This document shows positions 54,226 through 64,000 of a stretch of DNA of 64,000 bases, piece after piece (the stretch's first letter is position 1; every line of letters begins with the position of its first letter). A program made the translations under genes and the position numbers. The notes beneath the pieces were generated by a model. It saw only the letters and a program-made list of their open reading frames with translations, was not told the origin of the DNA and made no database searches. Source of the DNA: Octopus sinensis (taxonomy: Eukaryota); the NCBI RefSeq assembly GCF_006345805.1, contig NW_021835960.1:62001-126000 (forward strand), read 5' to 3'.

Positions 54226-55431
54226 AGAAGGAGAAGGAAATGACCACTGAGAACCACAATGCAGTATCACTGCTCCCATATTTGGTACAGTGCTGCTGCT
54301 ACATCCACAGATATTCTGGACTACATCAAAGGAAAAGCCGCTTGAATTTTTGGTATGAAAACCATCACCAGCACATTCCAGCCTCCGGCCCACAAATATG
54401 TTGTCTCCTCTGTTGTTTTTATCATTACTGTAGTGGCCTCTTCTCCCCAGATTTAGCTGGCTTTGTGACACCTCCATTCAGACACTCTCAACTCATTCAT
54501 CCATCTTTTTTCTTATCCTTAATATTGTGTTCACCTTTCTCCCCTTGCAGACCCTGCAATAAACAGCATGTCCTGTCTATCCTCATCAGAATGTTGTTCC
54601 TATGGAATTCTCACAATACTCGTGTTTTTGCTGCATTTGTCTGCTTGTAACTGTTCAAGAAGAACCTTCACTGCATCAATCTCAATGGTTTTGGAAGCCT
54701 GTGTATGCCATGGGTCCAGCTACTTGTTCAAAATCAATTCAATTGTATTAATAAAATAAAAATCTAACTTTCTGTTGTAATAAGGAACCCACAATATCAA
54801 GGACTTAGAGATTGAGAAGAAAAATTCTGTGGACCCCACTTGATATTGAAGATGTTAATAATAATAATGATATAATACTCTTTAGCTTTATCTCTTGTTT
54901 TAATCATTGAACTGTGGCCATGCTGGAGCACTACTGTGAAGGATTTAAACAACAAATTGACCACAGTACTTATTTTTTATTAAGACTAGTACTTATTCTA
55001 TCAGTCTTTTTTGCCAAACTGCTAAGTTATAGGGATGCAAACCCATAAATAAACCACCATTTGATTGAGTAAAATTATTGTATTACTTCCATTACTGTAA
55101 TATATGTTTCAATATTGATCATGGATATTGAAATTCAAAGTATACAATATTTGTAAAAGTTTGGATGGTCATAGCTGGTATGCTTTTTATCATAGATCTG
55201 CTCTCTTACTTCGGTCATAGGACTAAGCAGTCATTACACAGAATTTTTTTTCAACAACAAACCTTATTTTATCTGATAGCTACCAAAACTCCTCTAATAT
55301 TTTCTAGTACAGGATTGTACTGGAGAGTGCTGTAGCTATTAAAATAGGATGCTTCTTGATTTCAGAATACTTTCATCCTCTTTAATATGTACTTTAGCAC
55401 TTAGTATACCATTGTTAATATTAGTGTTCCA

Positions 55432-55870
55432 CTAAGGGCACAGCTGGTAGAATTGTGAGCATGCCAGACAATATGCTAATGGCATTTCATCCATCTTTTA
55501 CGTTCTGAGTTCAAATTCTGCCAAGGTTGACTTTGCCTTTCATCCTTTTGGGGTCAATAAAATAAGTACCAGTTGAGCACTGGTGTTGATGTAATCGATT
55601 TACCCACTTCCTTGAAATTGCTGGCCTTGTGCCGAAATTTGAAATAATATTAGTACTACTCAAGGCAGTGAGCTGGCAGAGTTGTTAGCATGCTGGGCAA
55701 AACTCCTTATCAGCATTTCACCCATCTTTATGTTCTGAGTTCAAGATCCACCAAGGTCAACTTTGCCTTTCTCCCTTTCAGGGTTGATAGTGTAAGTACC
55801 AGTTGAGCACTGGTGGTTGATGTAATCGACTTAGTCCCTCCCCTGAAAGTACTGATCTTGTGCCAAAAGC
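55432..55870 (+). mobile_element. Two tandem SINE family B copies
   Basis: Heads at about 55432 and 55661, each followed by the core. Confidence 0.8.
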
Positions 55871-56201
55871 ATTATTAGTGTTCCTCTTATATTCAAACTG
55901 GTATTTAGGACTGGTAAATCTAATAGTTGCTGTGTGGCTAAGATGCTTGGCATAAAGCTAAAAGGTCACAGATTCATCATGCTCTGTTATTTTTTACTTG
56001 TTTCAGTCATTGGGCTATGGCCAGCTGGCACACCCTAGCATTAATTTTTTTTTTTTTTCAAAGTCTGGTAGTTATTGTATCAGTCTCTTTTGTCAAACCA
56101 ATAAAGTTACAAGAATGTAAACAACAAAACAACACCAGTTGTCAAGCATTGGTGGGGGACAAACATAACCATGCATGCATGCACACACACATGCCTACAT
56201 G

Positions 56202-56252
<51 letters not shown>

Positions 56253-57663
56253 GTATGTATGTATTAATATATACATATATATGCGATGTGTTTCCACTCA
56301 ATTTTTCTATACTCTATTCACTCACAATATATAGTAGAAGACACTTGTCCAAGGTGCTGCAGTGAGATTGAACCCAAAACTATATGATTGCAAAGTGGGA
56401 TTCTTAACCATCCCCCGCCCCCACACTACCCATGCACATTGTACTTTGTGTATCTTTGCGAAAATTATATTACTCCTCCTCCTCCTCCTCCTCATCATCA
56501 TCATCATCATTTTTACATTCCACTTTTCCATGCTGACTTGGGTTGGTTGTTTCTTCTTCAACACTGCATCTCACCAATTGTTTATATGCTTTCCTCATCA
56601 TCTATTCTATGATGTTCAATGTTCCAAGATCAGCTTCCACCACCGATGTCCAATGTCATCATTAGTAATCCTCCCTCACAGTCTCCATCTGCATAGATCT
56701 CCTGTCACTTCTTTATCCAAGTCTCATTATCCATCTATATATCACATCATATATCACATATAAAATTTGCCCTGTTTATAATTATACCGTATGTTACGTA
56801 TATATTATTATCATACCCTGATACTGTGTGAACTAAGATCCCTGTGTGAACTAAGATCCCTGGTATTTATAGTGTTAAACACTTTTGCTATGCAAATTAG
56901 GGACTCTTTCATAGAATAACTGCTACATTTGTTGAGTATATAAACAGTTTGGCTGCTTGTTTCTCTGGAGATTATCAAGGCATTGGCTGAGGCTGTAGTA
57001 AAAAAATACTTGGCCAAGGTAATGCACACTAAGCCTGGACCTGAAACCATGTGTGGTTGTAAGCCAAATGTCTTAACCACACAGCCATACTTACTCTGTC
57101 AGTGTACTTCAAATATGTATCTTCTCATCAGTGAGGCTCAGCCTTTTAAATTTGAACTGTTTCTAACTTGGCTTACCTCTAATATTTTTCTCTTTTCTGT
57201 TTTTTTCTCTTTTTCTGACAAATGAACTAACAATAATACCTCAGGCTAATAAGAAAGCCTTTATGTCGTTCAGCCTGCTAGAATGAAATCTCTATCAAAT
57301 TTACTGCTAGAATGAAATCTCTATCAAATTTCACCCTACCACCTTTAATAAAGAAAAGATGCATTAGATATTTTGCTCTAGATATGTGAAGACCTGCAGA
57401 ATGAAAAAATACTTTTCTTGAAAACCGTAAGGGCTGGCAATGGGTAGGGCATCGAGATATAGAATACTGATTCAATGAGTCTCTCACAGCCCATGCCAGG
57501 AAAGAAAAACTGGATTTTAAAATGATGATGATGGTGACAATGGTGATAATGTTATTTTTTTTAAATGGTTTATTTCAACATGGAAACCTTGTTGCTATAT
57601 TTCCCATCTTCCTTTTTTTTTCTCACCTGATTTTCTCATTTTTTTCTTTGACTCTTTTTGTAG

Positions 57664-57760
57664 ATCCAAGATGATGTGAACAAACAGGAAAATGACTACA
57701 CAAGAGTACTTGATAAGTTCAAAGTTGACAAAGCCAGATACGATGATTTATGTGCAAAAG
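57664..57760 (+). CDS. FER: Fer/Fes kinase, coding exon 3 (F-BAR)
   Basis: Long pyrimidine tract, tag|ATC CAA ... GCA AAA G|gtaagt. Encodes IQDDVNKQENDYTRVLDKFKVDKARYDDLCAK plus one G. 97 nt, phase 0/1. Confidence 0.88.
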
Positions 57761-57859
57761 GTAAGTTTAATTTCTTTTGTTATGTATGCTTGATGTTTTC
57801 CCTTAATGAAACTACAGACAAAATCATTGAAATTATAAAAATATTTCTTCTAGCCTTAA

Positions 57860-58080
57860 CCCTTTTGTTACCAACCCGGCTGAAACCAGCTCAGGCTCTT
57901 TAATACAGATGTCTTGTTTTCATGAGTTTTGAATTAAAATCTTCCACCAAACCTTAGTCACAATTTATGTTCCTAACACTAGCTGAATGATAAATAAGTT
58001 ACTTTACTAAATTCTTTGTTATATTTAAAGTAACTGAAAGAAACACAGAGCATCTCAAAATAAATACAGTAACAAAAGGA
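57860..58080. mobile_element. piggyBac-like MITE with TTAA TSD
   Basis: TTAA|CCCTTTTGTTAC ... GTAACAAAAGGA|TTAA. Confidence 0.85.
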
Positions 58081-58639
58081 TTAATTACTAAGTATCCTTT
58101 TATGTAGTTAGGTTGGTTGGTTGGTTGGTTGGTTGGTTGGTTACTAAGGGGTAAATGACAAAACGTTGGTAACAATGTAATAAAGTCTCTTAACTTACGT
58201 TCAGTCTGCTTGTGGATGAGAGGCCTGTTGATAACAACAGATGATTTAGAGAAATCTACACTTTTTATGACATACATATGTGTTATTTGCAGCACCTACT
58301 TTGACACTATAATAACAAATTTATATGCATCCGTTCAGGGTTTTTTTATTATTATTTTAAACGTAACTTAGCCAGAGGAAGAAGGATGGCCCTATCCTAA
58401 TGTCTTTTCAAAAACTCTGAGACTGCTGGGAGGAAGGAAGAGAGGAAAGGAAGAAGTTGTCTCAGATAAGACACCTGGTTGAAATTTTTTCAACTGTATG
58501 CTTCATGGAAAGGTTTCATGAGCTAGATAGAAGTTTTGATGAAGACCTTCGACATGGTTGAACAACCAATCCCAACTAGTTGGGATTCACAGTGCAGGTT
58601 GTACTATTCATCCTTTCAGTTGCTAAATACAAAATGTGG

Positions 58640-58855
58640 CTTGCAAGGCCTCCACTCAAGTGATTTTTCCTGCATTACTGTCTCACCTTAGTATGCCAAT
58701 CTGTCACAAAGTTACCCATTTTCAGGTGAGTGGACAGGAGCAATGTGAAGTAAGGTGTTTTATGCAAGAACATAATGTATAGCTGGTCTGGGAACCAAAA
58801 CCAAGATCTCGTGACTGTGAGTGCAACACCTTGGCCATTAGGCCACGTGTCTTCA
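58640..58855 (-). mobile_element. SINE family C, degraded
   Basis: tgagtggacaggagcaatgtgaag..ccattaggccacgtg matches the reverse family C core and head. Confidence 0.65.
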
Positions 58856-59059
58856 TAAGTTTTAAACTAGATGACAAATTAAATCTACCAATGAAAAAGA
58901 GGGAAATCCTTCTGATGAGGTTTCCACACCATTTCCATCTGCTAAATTTCACTTAGAAGGTTTTGATGAATACAAGGTTATGGTAGAAGATATTTGCCCA
59001 AAGTACCGTACAGAAGGATTGAATCAGAAACCATGTAATTGGAAGCAACTATGCCTTGC

Positions 59060-59433
59060 CTCATCATCATCATCATCACCATCATCGTTTAACTTCCGTT
59101 TTCCATGCTGGCATGGGTTGGACGGTTCAACTGGGGTCTGGGAAGCCAGGAGGCTGCACCAGGCTCCAATCTGATCTGGCAGTGTTTCTACAGCTGGATG
59201 CCCTTCCTAACGCCAACCACTACGAGAGTGTAGTGGGCGCTTTTTACATGCCACTGGCATAGGGGCCAGAGGTGGCTGGCATTGACCACATTTGGATGGT
59301 ACTTTTACATGCCTCCGGCACAGGAGCCAGATGGGGCTGGCATCGACCACGTTTGGATGGTGCTTTTACATGCCACCAGCACAGGAGCCAGTCAAGGCGG
59401 TGCTGGCATCAGCCACGTTTGGATGGTGCTTTT
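59060..59433 (-). mobile_element. RTE 3' UTR fragment with internal imperfect repeats of about 60 bp
   Basis: ggatgcccttcctaacgccaacc; gcatcgaccacgtttggatggtgctttt occurs three times. Confidence 0.85.
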
Positions 59434-59679
59434 TGGTGGGGAGTAGGAGAGGGATGGTTATTTTCCCCATCTTCACAGATGTGCTCAAATCTCATCAAGA
59501 TTTCTGTTGTTTCTAGTCTTGCTGATGGCACGACAACCTCCATAGTACAGGTAACACAATAAAATGCATCCAGAAAACCCTGTAAAGTGTTTGGTGTTAG
59601 AAAGAGCATCGAGCTATAGAATCCGTATGCAAGCAAAATGTAGTCCTCTGACTCTATTAGATGGGCAGTAACTTCAAAT

Positions 59680-59912
59680 AAGGCGACGAGCTAGCAGAAA
59701 CGTTAGCACAATGGGCGAAATGTTTAGTGGTATTTCATCTGTCTTTACGTTCTGAGTTCAAATTCCGCTGAGGTCGACTTTGACTTTCATCCTTTCAGGG
59801 TCGATTAGATAAGTACCAGTTATGCACTGGGGTCGATATAATCGACTTAATCCGTTTGTCTGTCCTTGTTTGTCCTCTCTGTGTAGCCCCTTGTGGGCAG
59901 TAAAGAAATAAG
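59680..59912 (+). mobile_element. SINE family B, full length
   Basis: Near-identical to 21133-21367. Confidence 0.9.
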
Positions 59913-60099
59913 TAACTCCAAATAACTGACTCAGATTGTGACAACCTGCCTAAATCATACCAGTTTGAAAAATGTGCGTAAGCATGGTGGTGGTGGTGGT
60001 GGCGGTGGCAGGTAGATATATTCAACTTAACAAATTTACTACATAGTTACTGAATATATTTTGAAATGAACCAGCATATTTAAATTCTAGCATCTTTTA

Positions 60100-60920
60100 T
60101 CTTTTACTTCATTTAACTACGACCATGCTAGGGCACTACCTTGAATAATTTCTAGTTTAATGAATTGACTCCAATACTTATTATTTTTTTTTTAGACCTG
60201 GTACTTATTCAACTGGTCTCTTTTACTGAACTGCTAAGTTACGAGGACATAAACACACCAACACCTGTTGCCCAGTGGTGCAGGGTGACAAAGACAAAGA
60301 CAAAGACACGCTTGCACACACGCATATATCTGTATATACAATGAGCATCTTTCAGTTTCTCTACCAAATGCACTCACAAGATTTTGGCCAGCCTGAGGCT
60401 ATATTGAAAGATACTTGCCCAAGGTGCCATGCAATGGGAGTGAACTCAAAGCCATGTGGCTGGGAAGGAAACTTCTTACCACACAGCCATGTCTGCACAT
60501 ACTCTTTACTTGTTTCAGTCTTTTGACTGCGGCCGTGCTGGAGCACCGCCTTTTTTAGTTGAGCAAATCGACCCCAGGACTTATTCTTTGGAAGCCTAGT
60601 ACTTATTCTATCGGTCGATTTTGCCAAACCGCTAAGTTACGGGGAAGTAAACTTACCAACATCAGTTGTCAAGTGATTTTGGGGGAACAAACACAGAGAC
60701 ACAAACACATACATACATACACACGCACACACACACACACACCCATATATATATACTTATATACAACGGGCTTCTTTCAGTTTCCGTCTACCAAATCCAC
60801 TCACAAGGCTTTGGTCGGCCGGAGGCTATAGTAGGAGACACTTCCCCAAGGTGCCACGCAGTGGGACTGAACCCGGAACCATGTGATTCGTAAGCAAGCA
60901 ATTTGCCACACAGCCACTCT
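60100..60920 (-). mobile_element. Two tandem SINE family A copies (60100-60498, 60501-60920)
   Basis: Sequence similarity. Confidence 0.88.
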
Positions 60921-61004
60921 TACACCAACTTTAATTCAATTTTTTTTTTTTAAATATCTAAATTTTTAATTTAATTTCTTAACTCCACTCCTCTTTGTTT
61001 ACAG

Positions 61005-61192
61005 GAAAATAAAAAAATTGAAGATGCTAAGTCGCACTACCTTCGAACAACATCCAAACTGCACAAACTACACAATGAATATATCATTGCAATTAAAGTA
61101 GCTTCATTACACCAGAACGATTATCTTGTCAAACTTCTCCCTTCATTTCTGACACACCATGAAGAAACACACATTGGTCTCACCGAAGGATG
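61005..61192 (+). CDS. FER: Fer/Fes kinase, coding exon 4 (F-BAR); 5' boundary or phase uncertain
   Basis: ctctttgtttacag|GAA AAT ... GGA TG|gtaaga. Encodes ENKKIEDAKSHYLRTTSKLHKLHNEYIIAIKVASLHQNDYLVKLLPSFLTHHEETHIGLTEG, matching FER [23 protein letters not shown]...LHQNQY...LP. Translated by hand; absent from the ORF track. Confidence 0.9.
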
Positions 61193-61299
61193 GTAAGATT
61201 CTGTTCTTTAAGCAATCTAATTTATTTAAATACATTATTACCTCTCTTGTATGATATCTTTAGGTAGTATCATATGGCATATACTACTATTAGATATTC

Positions 61300-61714
61300 G
61301 GATCTTTTCGGTTTGAACGGCAGTTTTTTCTAGCGGTGTCATATGAAATTGTCACCCATAATTATGACCCTAGTATTGATCTATTGCATTTCAATCTGTT
61401 TTAGGGTAGGGTTAGAGGTGGGGGGAAGGGTATCTTTTTTTTCTTCACAAATGTAAATAAACCCAATCTGTTTCTTAAACAAGGGACATATTCATACGGC
61501 ACAGAATGTTTTTTACCTCAACAGACATCAGTGATTGGTTGAAATTGCAGAAATTGAAGAAAAAAAAACAAATATCTTTCAAACTATAGAATTTTCTCAA
61601 TAAAGCCAAGAGAAAAAAATGTTTTGTAAACACATTCTACCAGTATACGAAGTTTAAAATTTTTTAGTTACCGAGAAATTATGTTAAAAACTGCCGTTCA
61701 AACCAAAAAGATCC
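61300..61714. mobile_element. Unclassified TIR element
   Basis: GGATCTTTTCGGTTTGAACGGCAGTTTTT ... AAAAACTGCCGTTCAAACCAAAAAGATCC, about 29 bp with one mismatch. Confidence 0.85.
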
Positions 61715-62012
61715 AGATATTCTGTAGGTAACATTGCTACTTTGCATTGTAATGTGTGACGATATTACTATTTAGTATCATGCATGATGTTATAACATTG
61801 CTGTTTTTTATTATAATATGACATAATAGTCTGATATCATAATTTGATAACATTACTATTTAGTATTACATGATAGCCTTACTTTTTTTTTTTTTTTTTT
61901 TATAAAGCATAAGTATTCAATATAGTAATACGTGAACATTTATCTTTGGAATTATTACATGGTATGATTATTGTTTGGTATTATACTGTGATAGCATGAC
62001 TATTAGGTTCTA

Positions 62013-62369
62013 TAATATGTGATAATATTTATTATATGTGATAATATTTGTTCTTATAGTATGGGATAGCATTAATATGTGATAATATCTGTTCTTACAA
62101 TATGGGATAGCATTAATATGTGATAATATTTGTTACAATATGGGATAGCATTAATATGTGATAATATTTGTTCTCACAATATGGGATAGCATTATTATGT
62201 GATAATATTTGTTCTTATAATATGGGATAGCATTAATGTGATAATATTTGTTCTTACAATATGGAATAGCATAAATATATGATAATATTTGTTCTTACAA
62301 TATGGGATAGCATTAGTATGTGATAATATTTGTTATTATAATATAGAATAGCATTAATATTTGATATTA
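62013..62369. repeat. Minisatellite, unit about 41 bp, about 8 copies
   Basis: aatatgtgataatatttgttcttacaatatgggatagcatt. Confidence 0.92.
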
Positions 62370-62379
62370 TATTCTAGAG

Positions 62380-62610
62380 TAAGGCAGCAGGCTGGTAGGG
62401 TTGTTGCCGTGTCAGAAAAAGTGCTTAGCGGCATTACTTCTGACATTGCGTTCTGAGTTCAAATGCTGCTAGGGTCTACTTTGTCTTTCTTCATTCCAGA
62501 TTGATAAAATAAGTACCAGTTGGGTAGGTATTGGGGTGTTGATGTAATCAACTTATCCTCTCCTCCTAAATTGCTGGCCTTGTGCTAAAATTTGAAACTG
62601 CGATTATATT
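62380..62610 (+). mobile_element. SINE family B, degraded
   Basis: aaggcagcaggctgg head; ttctgagttcaaat B-box; gataaaataagtaccag core. Confidence 0.75.
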
Positions 62611-63408
62611 CTAAAGTAGGTTTAGAAAGGTGTTTTGGGGTAGTGTTTTTGTTGTTTAGCCCTAGGTCAGTCTTACTATGTTCTTTTTACATTTGAAACG
62701 CGTGGATATGGTTTAAAGAAGACTTAGTTGCTATTTCCAGCAGACTGACCAGCCATTATAGGGGCTATCAGTTGGTTTATATTGATGTTTAATCAATCTT
62801 GAATAAGCAGGCCTTTGATCAAAGTCACTTTAGCCATGACCATCCTGTCTTTCCCCATATTCAAAGAACCCAGGATCACAAGGTCCAATGTATCTCTATT
62901 TTTTTAAAACGCTGGAGTGTAATTTAAGGGAGATATGATTGCTATTTCTAGCAGGTTGAGCCACCACATAGAAGCTTCCTCATTACTATCAGATGTTGTA
63001 TAATAAGACAGAATCATTGGTAACACAATTATTTTAAAGCACTATTTTAGTTGTTGAGTAGACTCAATGATTACAAACTCATATCACAGATTTATGTCTA
63101 ACACTTGTGGACAGGTTTACAAAATCAAAAAACGACACCACGCCCATGACCTTCAGAAACTTTTTTTCACACTCAGAATTAGTGAACCATAGAATAAACT
63201 ACCTGCATTAGTTATTAACTGTTGAGACACTACAACCTTCAAAACTTCCATGCTTCCTGAAATTCCCCAACAGTACTCCTGATTCCTCCCACCCCATCCC
63301 TATTTCTTCTTTTTTTTTTGTTAAAGGCTTCTTCACTGTTCACTTCCTGTGCATATTCTATGTACTGTTCATGTAGTTTTGGTTACTTTTTCTGATGTGT
63401 TGTAGTGC

Positions 63409-63726
63409 ACATCGGTACTGTATGTAGTAAGTCTATTATTATTATGGACGGTGTTTGTAAGCCATTTAAGAAACACACAAAAGCCATTCGATTCACTTCA
63501 ACATTTAAGTTTAATTTGTCAAAATATTTTCAGTGTTTCTTAAATGACTTACAAACACCTTCCATAATAATAATAATAATAGACTTACTACATACAGTAC
63601 CCATGTACCCAGAACGGCTTTTGTGTGTTTCTTAAATGGCTTACAAACACCTTCCACGCTGCAATTGTTTTCGTTTCAGCACACGATCTCAGATCAAATC
63701 ACTTGCTATGCAAGTACATCTCCGTA
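63409..63726 (-). mobile_element. Foldback-family element with a local inverted duplication
   Basis: 63620-63726 is the reverse complement of about 32267-32370; 63414-63476 is inverted relative to 63533-63602. Confidence 0.82.
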
Positions 63727-64000
63727 TTATTATTATTATTTGGTAGTAATAAAAATAAATGTAATATAAATGTGGAAAGGAAAAAAGAGAAATGAGAAAA
63801 TCTGTGTGCTGTTCTACAGGTGTCGTGGTAACAATGGAGGAAGGAAATAGGTACTCAGGGATGTGGCTTTCTTTTACAGAGGAGTGGGGTGGGTAAAAAT
63901 GTTGGAAATGCACAAAAAGAATAATGCACAGCAGCAAAATCTTTGCATGTGTGTGGTGTACTCTAGTTGGCATGAGTGAGTATGTGTATGAACAAAACAG

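Noticed and set aside
56817-57333. Short tandem duplications (18 bp near 56824, 29 bp near 57276)
   Set aside because: Ordinary slippage duplications with no further structure.
57754-57766. Alternative donors for exon 3 (GC at 57754, GT at 57765)
   Set aside because: The GC site has a poor consensus, and the downstream GT gives phase 2, which still does not match.
620-60893. Recurring short ORFs such as RRHLPKV..TEPGTMWL..KLLTT and [12 protein letters not shown] peptides
   Set aside because: These are translations of SINE A copies and dinucleotide microsatellites.

Overview
AT-rich, repeat-dense eukaryotic DNA. The SINE families look like those of Octopus (recognised by eye, not searched). 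One host gene is supported: the 5' part of a Fer/Fes-family tyrosine kinase on the + strand. It has four F-BAR-coding exons (38292-38498, 51626-51799, 57664-57760, about 61005-61192) and continues beyond the window. As assembled, exon 3 ends in phase 1 but exon 4 starts in phase 0, so a direct splice gives a stop codon. This is the main anomaly; an assembly indel, a microexon or an alternative acceptor could explain it. The rest is intron or upstream DNA containing three tRNA-headed SINE families, RTE-clade and R4/Dong-like LINE fragments, Penelope-like termini with a minimal hammerhead-like motif, a non-autonomous Helitron, hAT, mariner and piggyBac MITEs, foldback elements, minisatellites and microsatellites. 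Almost all short ORFs in the supplied track are repeat artefacts. I found no CRISPR array, rRNA or convincing tRNA gene, and no clear new multi-gene system. SINE and LINE-fragment boundaries are approximate (tens of bp).
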